Shown here in pieces: positions 17,649 to 27,930 of a stretch of DNA of 64,000 nt. Positions within the stretch are counted from its first letter, which is position 1, and every line of letters begins with the position of its first letter. This DNA is from Parcubacteria group bacterium (GTDB lineage: Bacteria; Patescibacteriota; Minisyncoccia; Moranbacterales; UBA11712): NCBI GenBank assembly GCA_041659685.1, contig JBAZXV010000002.1:120195-184194 (forward strand). The letters are read 5' to 3'. Both the position numbers and the translations under genes were made by a program. The notes under the pieces were generated by a model that did no database searches, was not told the origin of the DNA, and saw only the letters and a list, made by a program, of their open reading frames with translations.

Positions 17649-18059
17649 CTTTCACGCCAGGGGACGCAGATTTTTTTTGCATTCCAGGTTCAAATTTTTT
17701 TAAGCAAAAATTTCTTTTGCCAGGAGAACTAGAAATAATAATTTTCGAAAAAATAATTCCAGGATAATAATTGCAAAAAATGATTCACGCTATTTGATGT
17801 TTTATCCGGCCTTTTTTTGTCAAGCCTTTTGTTGAAATTTCTCCCGGCTTTGATTGACTTATTGGTAAATTAGTTATATAATAATAAAGTAAGATCCAAT
17901 AAAGGGGGATTTTATAACCTCGAACGAATTATCACTTAGGGAATAATTCGGAGAGGCGAAAGGGTGGTTTACTCGGGTGTGAATCGCTTTTTATTTTTGG
18001 AAAAAATTTGATTAATTGATATATAAATAACTTCGGAGCGGGGTGAGCTCAAATGCTTA

Positions 18060-19406
18060 ATGTTTGAATTCCTTATCTGGGTGAAACGGGTGAGTCATAT
18101 TAATAAGGTGAGCTCGAAATCCGTACCGGAAAAATTTCTGGCATTATTTTGTGTTGCCGCTCTTTCCTCTTTTTTCGCTCTTGCCTTTTTTACGCCTCCT
18201 GCCAGCGCTTCCGGTATTACCGTTCAAAAGGTCGTCGAGTTGTGCAATGCCGAAAGGACAAAAGAGGGGATGGGAAACCTTTCTGAAAATAAAAAATTGG
18301 ATAAATCGGCGGAGAAAAAGGCGGAGGATATGGCAGAGAAGGATTATTTCGCCCACACTTCTCCCGGAGGAGTGACGCCCTGGCATTGGATAGAGAGTGA
18401 AAATTATGATTATGCGTATGCCGGAGAGAATTTGGCAATGGACTTTACTTCGGCGGAAAAAATGAATCAGGCTTGGCTTGACAGCCCGACTCACCGGGCC
18501 AATATTTTGAATGAGAAATATAAGGACATTGGAGTTTCGGTGAAGGAAGCGGTGATTAGCGGTCATTCAACTGTCATTGTTGTGCAGCAATTCGGTTCAG
18601 GCGATAAAAGTGAAAAAGAAAAGATCAGCGCCGAAAAACCGTCAGGCGAAGCATCGGTCCGGACGGAGAAATCTTACCCGAGTCTCCCCCCGGGAACGAA
18701 GAATGACAAAAAAATCGGCCAGTCAATATCGAACCCGGTAATAACCAGTCCGGCCCAGAATGAAATCGTCTCTAATGATGATGCGGAAGTGATCGGGCGT
18801 TCGGCGCCGAATTCTGTTGTCAGTCTGTGGGAAGGCGAAAACAGAATCGGCCAGACAATTTCGGACGAAAAGGGATGGTTTCGGGAAAATATTTCCGCGC
18901 TCCCCGAGGGATCTCATGAGTTAAGGGCCGAAAGCGGAGAATATGCAGGGAAGTCAAAAGGAACAAAGAGCCCATTAAATGTCGTCGGTTTTTCCATCGA
19001 CAGATCCAGGCCAAAGGTGGATTACCGGCTTTATGCCAAAGAAGGAGAGTCCGGCAGCGGGGAATATTTTTTGCAGGTTACTTCTGACAAGCCGAATTGT
19101 TATTTCAGGATCGGCGGCCAATCAGGAATTGCTGAGAATTCCGGTGCAGCGTTTTTCTCAATTTCCGGGAGAAATCTTTCCTCGGTAGTCGAAGTCGAGG
19201 ATCAGGCAGGAAACAAAACCGCCAAACAAATTGTCCTGGCAAATTATTACCAGGGAGACGGGGGAAACAATATTATTAATGAGATAACCCAGATGTTTTC
19301 CCGAGGCAAGACTCTTGCGGACAAATCAGGAGGGGAGGCCGTGAAAGAAAATTCAGGATTTTTTTCGCAGCAGTTATTATCAATGCAAATGACAGAAAAG
19401 CGATAA
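18060..19406 (+). CDS. CAP/SCP/PR1-like domain secreted protein with C-terminal Ig-like region
   Basis: N-terminal hydrophobic segment. CAP-domain motifs (YFAHTSPGG...GENLAMDF...HRANILNEKYKDIGVSV). The start codon position is uncertain. Confidence 0.7.
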   Translation: MFEFLIWVKRVSHINKVSSKSVPEKFLALFCVAALSSFFALAFFTPPASASGITVQKVVELCNAERTKEGMGNLSENKKLDKSAEKKAEDMAEKDYFAHTSPGGVTPWHWIESENYDYAYAGENLAMDFTSAEKMNQAWLDSPTHRANILNEKYKDIGVSVKEAVISGHSTVIVVQQFGSGDKSEKEKISAEKPSGEASVRTEKSYPSLPPGTKNDKKIGQSISNPVITSPAQNEIVSNDDAEVIGRSAPNSVVSLWEGENRIGQTISDEKGWFRENISALPEGSHELRAESGEYAGKSKGTKSPLNVVGFSIDRSRPKVDYRLYAKEGESGSGEYFLQVTSDKPNCYFRIGGQSGIAENSGAAFFSISGRNLSSVVEVEDQAGNKTAKQIVLANYYQGDGGNNIINEITQMFSRGKTLADKSGGEAVKENSGFFSQQLLSMQMTEKR

Positions 19407-19810
19407 TAAATATTAAATATTAAACAAAAAAATGTGACGTAAAAACAAAAAGAATGCTCCTTAACAAAATTCACTCCGTTAACGAACTGCGAAATGAACA
19501 GGGATTCGCAAAAATTAACAGGGTAAAATAAAAATAAAAATCGTTTCGTTTAAAAGCGAAACATGGGTGAACGACACAAAAGTGTCATATAAAAAAAAGT
19601 AAGTGTCCTTACTTTTAGCTATTGAAGCTTATTGGGCTAACATCCCGTCCATGCAGGTCTTGCAGGGCGGGATTTTGTTATTCTTAGGAACCGCTTGATT
19701 GGAATGCTTCCCCTCTCTGCTTCGGGGCGGCCTGCTCCCGCCGGAGAAACGGACGGATACCCCGCCCGAGAGCCTCATTGCAAAATCATAATCCGGGAAG
19801 GATGCTGCAT

Positions 19811-19839
19811 TTGATTATATCAAGGTTTTCGTTTATAAT
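19811..19839 (+). promoter_or_regulatory. Sigma70-like promoter upstream of murA (TTGATT-17-TATAAT)
   Basis: TTGATT at 19811-19816, a 17-nt spacer, then TATAAT at 19834-19839. It sits 19 nt before the murA start. Confidence 0.45.
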
Positions 19840-19857
19840 GACAACGCTGTAAAATCG

Positions 19858-21120
19858 ATGTTTATGTCATATTTTGAGATAATTGGCGGAAAAAAATTGA
19901 ACGGAGAAATCGATGTTAAGGGAGCGAAAAATGCGGCGCTTAAGGTTGCGGCGGCGGCGCTTTTATCGCGCAAAAAGTGGACTATCACCAATTTTCCCTT
20001 TATAGAAGACACAAATCGGATCTTGGAAATGATCGAGGACTTGGGGGCAAGAGTAAAGAAAGCTGAAGGAAAAGTCGAGATCGAGTCCGGAACGATCATG
20101 AAGAGCAATTTAAACAAGGGGTTGACCAAAAAGCTTCGCGCTTCCATAATATTGGCCGGACCTATTCTGGCGAGAATGGGTAAGATCAAGATGTATCATC
20201 CGGGGGGCTGCATAATCGGAAAACGTCCCATCGATATGTTTTTGGACGGATTTCGCGCGTTTGGAGCGAAGCTTGAACAAAGGGGCGACGAATTCACCCT
20301 AAGAGCCGGCAAGTTAAGGGGAGCAAGGATATTTTTTTCCAAGGTAACGGTTACCGGAACGGAAACGATGATGATGACGGCGGTGCTGGCAGAAGGAGAG
20401 ACCGTTCTTGAGAACGCTGCCATGGAACCGGAAATTCCGATGCTGGCTGAATTTTTAAATCGCTGCGGAGCAAAAATAGAGGGGGCCGGCACGCCAACTA
20501 TCAAAATCAAGGGTGTCAGAAAAATCGGCGGCGGGAAAATTGATTTGATACCGGACAGAATCGAAGCCGGAACCTTTGCCATTCTCGGAGCCGTTTCGGG
20601 AGGCAGGATAAAAATAAAGAAATGCAATCCGGACCATATCCGCGCTCTTCTCATAAGCCTTGAAAAAGCGGGGGTGAAAATTAAAGAGGGAAAAAACGAA
20701 ATTACGGTTGAGGGAGCAAAAGAAATAAAAGCGGTGAATATTTCAACTCATGAATATCCCGGGTTTGCCACTGATCTTCAGCCTCCCTTCACGCTTCTTA
20801 TGACCCAGGCTCGGGGGACAAGCCTTATACATGATTCAATCTTTGACGGGCGTTTTATGTTTACTGATGCTTTGAATTTGATGGGAGCGGACATTGCGAT
20901 GAACGATCCGCATCGTGTGACTGTGAACGGGCCAAGAAAATTATGCGGCAGGAGAATCGCGAGTCCCGATCTCAGGGCGGGGATTGCTTTGGTGCTGGCA
21001 GGGATTATTGCCGAAGGGAAAACGAAAATTGAAAACATCTACCAGATAGACCGCGGATACGAAAAAATAGAAGAGCGGCTCAGAAAATTGGGGGCGGATA
21101 TCAGGAGAGTGCAAAACTGA
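19858..21120 (+). CDS. murA: UDP-N-acetylglucosamine 1-carboxyvinyltransferase
   Basis: 420 aa with an EPSP-synthase-like fold and MurA-characteristic segments (KNAALKVAAAALLS, catalytic-loop region PGGC). Confidence 0.9.
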   Translation: MFMSYFEIIGGKKLNGEIDVKGAKNAALKVAAAALLSRKKWTITNFPFIEDTNRILEMIEDLGARVKKAEGKVEIESGTIMKSNLNKGLTKKLRASIILAGPILARMGKIKMYHPGGCIIGKRPIDMFLDGFRAFGAKLEQRGDEFTLRAGKLRGARIFFSKVTVTGTETMMMTAVLAEGETVLENAAMEPEIPMLAEFLNRCGAKIEGAGTPTIKIKGVRKIGGGKIDLIPDRIEAGTFAILGAVSGGRIKIKKCNPDHIRALLISLEKAGVKIKEGKNEITVEGAKEIKAVNISTHEYPGFATDLQPPFTLLMTQARGTSLIHDSIFDGRFMFTDALNLMGADIAMNDPHRVTVNGPRKLCGRRIASPDLRAGIALVLAGIIAEGKTKIENIYQIDRGYEKIEERLRKLGADIRRVQN

Positions 21121-21281
21121 AAAATAAAAATGCCATGCCAGAGGCAGATCAGCCTTTGGCTGAAAAAATGACAATGCAAAATGTTAAAATTAATTTCGTG
21201 AAAAATATTTTAACATTCGAAACATTTTTCCTTTTTAATTGTCATTTTTATTTTTAACTTTTACATTTAAAATTTTTTAAC

Positions 21282-22289
21282 GTGTTTATAAAAAAAATAG
21301 GAATTGATTTAGGTACTGCAAACACCCTCGTTTTTCTTCCAGGGAAAGGGATTGTTGTTAATGAACCCTCAGTGGTGGCTATTTCGATGATCGACAACAA
21401 AGTGCTGGCGGTGGGCAACGAGGCCAAGGAAATGATAGGAAGAACGCCGGAGTCAATTACGGCTTCGAGGCCTCTAAAAGACGGTGTAATTGCGGATTAT
21501 CGGATTACGGAAGCCATGCTTCGCTACTTTATCAACAAAGTGAGCGGCGGATTCAGGCTGGTGAGGCCGGAGGTCATGGTTTCCATTCCGGCGGGTGTAA
21601 CTTCTACGGAAAGAAGAGCGGTAATAGATGCAACCGTAAAAGCCGGAGCGAGGACTGCCTATGTGGTCAAGGAGCCCGTTCTTGCCGCTATCGGAGCCGG
21701 AATTCCAATCAATAATGCGGCAGGAAATATGATAGTCGATATCGGAGGCGGGACGAGCGAAGTGGCGATAATATCTTTGGGCGGAGTGGTTGCGGCCACC
21801 AGCGCCAGAGTAGGGGGGGACAAAATAGACCAGGCGATCGCTGATTTCGTAAAAAAGAAACACGGCCTTGCAATCGGGGAAAGAACCGCCGAGGAAATAA
21901 AGATCGCCATCGGGAGTGCCATTCCTCAGATGAAAGATGAATATGTCGAAGTGCGCGGACGCGATCTTATTGCCGGACTTCCGAAGACTATCCGCGTTTC
22001 TTCGAATGAAATTACGGAAGCCATTCAGGATGAATTGCGCGAGATAATTAACGCGATTAAAAAAGTTCTTCAGGAAACTCCTCCGGAATTGGCGGCTGAC
22101 GTGATTGACAAAGGAATGATTCTTTCGGGCGGGGGAGCGCTTCTTAAGCATCTTGACCAGCTCATCACTAAAACGACGGGTGTCCCGTGCTATGTTGCGG
22201 ATGATCCCTTGTTCTGCGTGGTGAAGGGAACGGGAATCGCCCTGGAACAGCTGGATATGTATAAGCGGACTATAATGATGAGCAAGTAA
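21282..22289 (+). CDS. mreB: Rod shape-determining protein MreB (paralog 1, standalone)
   Basis: IGIDLGTANTLVF and DIGGGTSEVAIIS actin-fold phosphate motifs. 335 aa. Confidence 0.9.
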   Translation: MFIKKIGIDLGTANTLVFLPGKGIVVNEPSVVAISMIDNKVLAVGNEAKEMIGRTPESITASRPLKDGVIADYRITEAMLRYFINKVSGGFRLVRPEVMVSIPAGVTSTERRAVIDATVKAGARTAYVVKEPVLAAIGAGIPINNAAGNMIVDIGGGTSEVAIISLGGVVAATSARVGGDKIDQAIADFVKKKHGLAIGERTAEEIKIAIGSAIPQMKDEYVEVRGRDLIAGLPKTIRVSSNEITEAIQDELREIINAIKKVLQETPPELAADVIDKGMILSGGGALLKHLDQLITKTTGVPCYVADDPLFCVVKGTGIALEQLDMYKRTIMMSK

Positions 22290-22410
22290 GCGAGAGATTT
22301 TGAACAAATCGCGAAAGGCCGGGTCTTCTTGAGCGGCCTGGTCTCCGCCAGAGGACTGGCGGACTAACGCGATGCCTTCAAAAATCTAATCCTTCTCTTT
22401 ATTATATATT

Positions 22411-23520
22411 ATGACCATTGGAATCGACGCTTCGCGTGCGTTTCAAAAAAACAAAACCGGAATTGAAGAATATTCTTATCAGGTTATCAAGCACCTGCGG
22501 GATCATCTTGGAAATGACCAGGTGATTTTATATTGCAATCCGGCAATAAACAAAAAAGAATTTATTGATTTTGATCTGCCGGAAAAATGGAAGATTAAAT
22601 ATTTGCGCGCTCCGTTTTTTTGGACACAAATCAGGCTGTCTCTCGAAATGCTTTTTCATCCGGTTGATGCGCTTTTTGTTCCGGCTCACACTGTCCCGTC
22701 CGCTCACCCTGAAAACACCGCGGTAACCATTCACGGGCTCGAATATGAGTTTTGCCCCAAGTCGTATTCTTTTTTGGAAAAAGCTTATATGCGATTCGTA
22801 ATCAAAAATTCTTGCAAGTGGGCGAAAAAAATAATTACAGTCAGTGAAAACACAAAGAGGGATCTGGGGCGATTATATGAGGTGCCCGAGAAGAAGATGA
22901 CGGTTATTTATGAAGGAATCAATTCGGAAGCGTCCGATAAAATATCAAATCCAAAATTCAAAAATTCAAAATATGAAATTCCGGACAGGAAATATTTTTT
23001 CTTTGTCGGCCGTTTGGAAGAAAGAAAAAATATCTGTGGCCTCATCGAAGCCTTTGACATCTTAAAGAATAAATACAAAGTGCCGCATAAGTTGGTTTTG
23101 GCGGGTAAATTCGGATACGGGGAAAAAGAAATAAGAAATAAAATAGAGAGCAGCCGGCACAAAAAAGAAATAATTTTACCCGGTTATGTGTTTAATAAGG
23201 AAAAGTTCTGGCTGATGGGAAACGCGGACGCATTTTTGTTTCCGACTCTTTACGAGGGATTTGGTTTGCCGATTCTCGAAGCGCAAAGCGCGGGAACGCC
23301 GGTGGTGACATCAAATATTTCATCCATGCCGGAAGTCGCCGGAGACAGCGCAGTTTTGGTTGATCCGAAAAATCCGAATGAAATCGCGGAAGCGGCTTAT
23401 AGGCTAATCTCAAACGAAAGTTATAAAAATGATATAATAAAAAAGGGATATGATAATATTAAGAGATTCAGCTGGGAGAAATGTGCGGAAAACATAGCGG
23501 ATACGATAAATAATACTTGA
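22411..23520 (+). CDS. Glycosyltransferase family 4 (GT-B, GT1 domain)
   Basis: C-terminal EGFGLPILEAQSAGTPVVTS motif. Confidence 0.8.
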   Translation: MTIGIDASRAFQKNKTGIEEYSYQVIKHLRDHLGNDQVILYCNPAINKKEFIDFDLPEKWKIKYLRAPFFWTQIRLSLEMLFHPVDALFVPAHTVPSAHPENTAVTIHGLEYEFCPKSYSFLEKAYMRFVIKNSCKWAKKIITVSENTKRDLGRLYEVPEKKMTVIYEGINSEASDKISNPKFKNSKYEIPDRKYFFFVGRLEERKNICGLIEAFDILKNKYKVPHKLVLAGKFGYGEKEIRNKIESSRHKKEIILPGYVFNKEKFWLMGNADAFLFPTLYEGFGLPILEAQSAGTPVVTSNISSMPEVAGDSAVLVDPKNPNEIAEAAYRLISNESYKNDIIKKGYDNIKRFSWEKCAENIADTINNT

Positions 23521-23521
23521 T

Positions 23522-24682
23522 TTGGATTTAAGAACTATGAATAATAAATTTCCAAACTTAAGAATTGCCCTTGTTCACGATTTCTTGAACCAATACGGCG
23601 GGGCGGAGAGGGTGCTTCTTGCGCTTCACGAGATGTTCCCCGAGGCGCCGATTTACACCCTGCTTTACGACAAGGAAAAACTCAGGGGAAAGTTCGAGGG
23701 AGCTGACGTCAGAACTTCCTTTCTCAGAAGGTTCCCGAAATTTCTGCAAAAAAGACACAAATGGCTTTTGCCTTTCATGCCGACGGCGCCGGAGACGTTT
23801 AATCTTCGCGATTTCGATCTGGTCATTTCATCTTCCAGCGCTTTCGCGAAGGGGATTGTAATAAAACCGAAAACACTCCATGTTTGCTATTGCCACAGTC
23901 CCATGCGATACGTTTGGGACTGGAATGAAAAATATCTCCGCGATCAAAAGATGGGAAAGTCCAAAAAACTTTTCAGCCGGATGATTCTGAATTATATCCG
24001 GATGTGGGATCGGGTGGCGTCGGACAGGGTGGATTATTTCATTGCCAATTCCAAAACAACGCAAGAACGGATAAAAAAATATTACCGTAGCGAGAGCGAG
24101 GTTGTCTATCCGCCGGTGGATACGGATGCGGTTGGCGGTGATATTGCGAAAGAAGATTTCTTTCTAATCGTATCGAGGCTTGTTCCGTACAAGAAAATAG
24201 AAACTGCAATTGAAGCGATGAACAAGCTGGATATGCCCCTTGTAATCATCGGAGAAGGTTCAAAAAAATATACGGCTTATCTCAAAAAGATCGCCGGGCC
24301 GAAAATAAAATTTACCGGATGGAAGAGCGATGAGGAAATAAAAAATTATTATAAAAGATCAAGGGCATTTCTTTTTCCGAGTGAAGATGATTTCGGGATT
24401 ACTCCGGTTGAGGCAATGGCCCAAGGGACTCCCGTGCTCGCTCTTCGGAGGGGCGGGGCAAGGGAAACGGTTATCGAAGGAGTGACAGGAGAATTTTTTG
24501 GGGATCCGACGGTAGAATCTCTCGCTGACGGGGTGAGAAGATTGATTTCCCGGGAAGGAGAATATGACCAGGAAAGGATAAGGAGCGAGGCGCTCAAGTT
24601 TTCAAAAGATAAATTCGAGGAAAATATCTTGAGAGCGATAGGCGATGCAATTGAAAAATCAGGGGGCAATAAAATTAAATAA
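23522..24682 (+). CDS. Glycosyltransferase family 4 (GT-B, GT1 domain)
   Basis: FGITPVEAMAQGTPVLA motif. Its start is 2 nt after the stop of the preceding GT4 gene. Confidence 0.8.
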   Translation: MDLRTMNNKFPNLRIALVHDFLNQYGGAERVLLALHEMFPEAPIYTLLYDKEKLRGKFEGADVRTSFLRRFPKFLQKRHKWLLPFMPTAPETFNLRDFDLVISSSSAFAKGIVIKPKTLHVCYCHSPMRYVWDWNEKYLRDQKMGKSKKLFSRMILNYIRMWDRVASDRVDYFIANSKTTQERIKKYYRSESEVVYPPVDTDAVGGDIAKEDFFLIVSRLVPYKKIETAIEAMNKLDMPLVIIGEGSKKYTAYLKKIAGPKIKFTGWKSDEEIKNYYKRSRAFLFPSEDDFGITPVEAMAQGTPVLALRRGGARETVIEGVTGEFFGDPTVESLADGVRRLISREGEYDQERIRSEALKFSKDKFEENILRAIGDAIEKSGGNKIK

Positions 24683-24686
24683 TGAA

Positions 24687-25205
24687 ATGGGAGAACGAGA
24701 TTTCAAAAGCGCCGTAAAAAAAGAAAGGTTTAAGATTGTCCCGGCATCTTATCTGGTTTTGATTGAGGACGGGAAAATCTTGATGCTGAGGCGGTTTAAC
24801 ACTGGATTCGAGGACGGAAAATACGGTCTGGTGTCCGGGCATCTTGACGGGGGCGAAACATTCCGGGAAACCATGGTAAGGGAAGCCAGAGAAGAAGCGA
24901 ACATAACTCTTTGCGCAGAGGATCTTGAAGTTGTTCATGTTCTTAACCGGCATGTTATATTTAATGATGTCGGCCACAGGGAAAGGGTGGATTTATTCAT
25001 CCGGCCTGGAAAATGGGAAGGAAAAATAAAAAATATGGAGCCTGATAAATGCGATGATTTAAGCTGGTTTCCGATTGATAGCCTCCCTGGAAACACGATT
25101 CCCGTATGTACGATCGGTGATAGAAAATATCCGCAACGGAATTTTTTACAGCGAATTCGGCTGGTAAATCTTCGGCCTAGGGATAATCCCTGGGCTGAGA
25201 AATAA
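24687..25205 (+). CDS. NUDIX hydrolase
   Basis: Canonical Nudix box GHLDGGETFRETMVREAREEANI. The internal Met at 24687 is preferred over the overlapping start at 24645. Confidence 0.7.
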   Translation: MGERDFKSAVKKERFKIVPASYLVLIEDGKILMLRRFNTGFEDGKYGLVSGHLDGGETFRETMVREAREEANITLCAEDLEVVHVLNRHVIFNDVGHRERVDLFIRPGKWEGKIKNMEPDKCDDLSWFPIDSLPGNTIPVCTIGDRKYPQRNFLQRIRLVNLRPRDNPWAEK

Positions 25206-25213
25206 GAAAAAAT

Positions 25214-26035
25214 ATGGATGAAATTATATCTTCTAAAATAAAAAATTATCTTGATCGGCTGGCGCAATCCAAAAGGCGTCCAAGCTCATTTATTTTTTTT
25301 GGAACGGATGAAGAGGGAAAAATCGGAGCGGCTTTTTATTTTATCCGAAAAATTTCCGGAAAAACAGGCGACGATGAATTCTTGGGGCGCATGAGAGCCG
25401 GCATTCATCCGGACATTGTCATTATCGAGCCGGAAACGGTTGAGGATAAAAAAGGAAGGATGCGGGAAAAAGAAATTGTTATCGAGCAGATCAGAAAGGC
25501 GCAGGGGCGGATGAAGTTTTTTCCATACGAGCTCAATTATAAGTTCTGTATTATTAAAAAAGCCCAGAAGCTCAATGCGGAAGCTTCGAATGCCCTTCTT
25601 AAAATTCTCGAGGAACCGACGGCAAGCACGATTTTGATTCTTCTTGCCGGCGATGTCGATTCCGTTCTCCCAACCATATCTTCGCGCTGCGCGGCCCTTC
25701 GTTTTTCAAGGAAGGATCTTCCGGCCTGGAGCGAGGAAAATCGGAAACGCCTGCGAGAAATATTTATTGAGGATATTTTCGATAAGTTTAATTATGCGGA
25801 GAAAGTTTCGAAAGACAAAAACGGCGCGATTGAGGTGCTTAAGGATTGGGAAGCGGTGATGGCGGACAGCATGAGGAATTTAGCGGACAAAAATAATTCG
25901 ACTGACCGGGAGAAAATTAGAAAAATTGCATCAATGATTCGGGAAAACAGGGGAGCGATAGACAAAATGGACTACTCGAGCGCCAATCCCCGATCTATTT
26001 TGGAAAATTTGTTTCTTGGGTTACAATGGAAATAG
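25214..26035 (+). CDS. holB: DNA polymerase III delta-prime subunit-like (clamp-loader AAA+)
   Basis: FFGTDEEGKIGAA P-loop-like segment, a Walker-B-like CIIKKAQKLN, and sensor-1 SRC (TISSRCAAL). 273 aa. Confidence 0.7.
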   Translation: MDEIISSKIKNYLDRLAQSKRRPSSFIFFGTDEEGKIGAAFYFIRKISGKTGDDEFLGRMRAGIHPDIVIIEPETVEDKKGRMREKEIVIEQIRKAQGRMKFFPYELNYKFCIIKKAQKLNAEASNALLKILEEPTASTILILLAGDVDSVLPTISSRCAALRFSRKDLPAWSEENRKRLREIFIEDIFDKFNYAEKVSKDKNGAIEVLKDWEAVMADSMRNLADKNNSTDREKIRKIASMIRENRGAIDKMDYSSANPRSILENLFLGLQWK

Positions 26036-26076
26036 CCCGAAGATGAGTCTGTCTGATAATTAAGGGGTCAAAAAAC

Positions 26077-27141
26077 ATGAAAACAAAAAGAATAATTATT
26101 TTTTTGGCCGGCGTACTATTTTTGGCCGGATGCACTTTGACCGGCGGGGGGAGTGACGGAGGATTCTACCGTTCAGACGACGGCGGAAAAACTTTTTTGC
26201 CTAAAAATAACATCAGTCAGAACGGAAAGGCGGGAACGATTGGCGGTGTGGACGTATTAAGTTTGGCTCCCAATCCGCAGAGCGGAGGGGAAATATACAT
26301 CGGAACAAAAACCAGCGGTATCTTCAAGACAACCGATGCCGGTGACAATTGGCGGCTTCTTAGTGTTGCCACCCTCACGCCGAATAAGGTATACGCCATG
26401 GCGATTGATCCCGTAAACCCCAATAATGTCTATGCCGCAACGCTCGTTGGAAAAAGAGGAAAAATAATAAAGTCGGAAAACGCCGGAGAAAACTGGAAAG
26501 AAGTATATACCGAACCTTCTGACGGATCGATCGTGCTCTCGATCGCCCTTGATCCGGCGAATTCTCAAAACATTTATGCCGGAACAGATCAGGGACAGAT
26601 AATATTTTCGGAGTCAGGCGGAGAATCATGGAGATCGCTTTATTGGACAAGCGAAAAGGACGCGGTTTATAAAATTGCCATAGATAAATCCAATTCCCAG
26701 CTTCTCTATTTCGCGATTTTTAAAAAAGGCATTATCCGGAGCAAGGACGGAGGGAAAAACTTCGAAGAATTGGGCCAGAATAATTCTTTTGAAAAGGATT
26801 CCGATCTTCAAAATCCGACGGCGATAATCGCCGATCCGAACAGGCCGGGCTGGGTGTATGCGGGAACAGGGAAAGGGCTTATCCGGAGCAAAGACGGCGG
26901 AGACAGCTGGGAAGCGGTCAGCATATTAAACAAAGCCGAGGAGCAATCAATCTGGTCAATCGACATCAATACCCAGAATTCGGACGAGATAATATATTCC
27001 GTTTCCAAGGCCTTTTATAAATCAAACGACGGAGGAGTGAACTGGATGACTGTTCAGTTCGATTCCAGCCGGTCTCCCAACATGGTTTCATATAATCCTC
27101 AAAAACCGGAAATGATATATATCGGAATGAGCAAAAAATAA
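26077..27141 (+). CDS. BNR/Asp-box repeat lipoprotein (Ycf48-like beta-propeller)
   Basis: Lipobox LAGC. At least seven S-x-D-x-G-x-x-W/F repeats (SDDGGKTF, TDAGDNW, SENAGENW, SESGGESW, SKDGGKNF, SKDGGDSW, SNDGGVNW). Confidence 0.7.
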   Translation: MKTKRIIIFLAGVLFLAGCTLTGGGSDGGFYRSDDGGKTFLPKNNISQNGKAGTIGGVDVLSLAPNPQSGGEIYIGTKTSGIFKTTDAGDNWRLLSVATLTPNKVYAMAIDPVNPNNVYAATLVGKRGKIIKSENAGENWKEVYTEPSDGSIVLSIALDPANSQNIYAGTDQGQIIFSESGGESWRSLYWTSEKDAVYKIAIDKSNSQLLYFAIFKKGIIRSKDGGKNFEELGQNNSFEKDSDLQNPTAIIADPNRPGWVYAGTGKGLIRSKDGGDSWEAVSILNKAEEQSIWSIDINTQNSDEIIYSVSKAFYKSNDGGVNWMTVQFDSSRSPNMVSYNPQKPEMIYIGMSKK

Positions 27142-27188
27142 CTGCGTGCAGCATAGTTTTGCCATTAATAATAAATCAATAACGAAAT

Positions 27189-27746
27189 ATGCTAGAACAA
27201 ACTATCCAAAATGCAAGACCGAAAATGGAAAAATCCATAGAGCGTTTCAGAGAGGAAATCGGGAAACTGCGGACCGGAAGAGCAAATCCGGCAATCGTGG
27301 AGAACCTGATAGTCGACTATTACGGATCAAAGAGCCCGCTCAAACAAATCGCCAGCATAAATGTTCCGGAACCGCGTTTGATTGTGATTCAGCCCTGGAG
27401 CAAAGATAATCTTGTTGATATAGAAAAATCCATTAATGAGGCTCAACTCGGGCTTAATCCGACTAATGACGGGCAGGTGGTGAGAATTGCGATTCCTGCT
27501 CTCAATGAGGAAAGGCGCGGCGAGCTTGTGAAGGTGCTTGGAAAATACGCGGAAGAAGCCCGGGTGCAAATAAGGCAAGCCCGCGAAGAAGCCTGGAGCG
27601 AGGTCCAGGATCTGGTAAAAGAAGGGAAATTGGCCGAGGATGACAAATTTAAGGGAAAAGAAAAACTCCAGAAAATCGTAGATGAATATAACAGCCGAAT
27701 CGAGGAAATCAAAGAAAAGAAAGAAAAGGAAATCATGGAAATATAG
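27189..27746 (+). CDS. frr: Ribosome recycling factor
   Basis: 185 aa. RRF signature region (IGKLRTGRANPAIVENLIVDYYG). Confidence 0.9.
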   Translation: MLEQTIQNARPKMEKSIERFREEIGKLRTGRANPAIVENLIVDYYGSKSPLKQIASINVPEPRLIVIQPWSKDNLVDIEKSINEAQLGLNPTNDGQVVRIAIPALNEERRGELVKVLGKYAEEARVQIRQAREEAWSEVQDLVKEGKLAEDDKFKGKEKLQKIVDEYNSRIEEIKEKKEKEIMEI

Positions 27747-27930
27747 CGAAGTCTCGGAGCGAAAGAACAAAATGTAAAAACTGAAGACGGGAACGGATAG
27801 TTTTTATGCTTTAAATGTTGCTTTCGAGATTTGCAATTTATTGTCGAACGAGTGACGACATCAAAATGGTTTTACCTCGTTCCGCTTTGGCGGGCTTTGG
27901 GGCAAATGCCAATTTATTTTTAGCTTATAC

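Noticed and set aside
21474-22307. 277-aa minus-strand ORF entirely inside mreB
   Set aside because: It is antisense to a gene with unambiguous MreB motifs. Its translation is low-complexity and Arg/Ser/His-rich, typical of spurious antisense ORFs in coding DNA.
22290-22410. GC-rich hairpins (ggccg...cggcc and tccgccag-agga-ctggcgga) after mreB
   Set aside because: No U-tract follows, so it is not a convincing intrinsic terminator. It could be a minor RNA structure, and there is insufficient evidence for a feature call.
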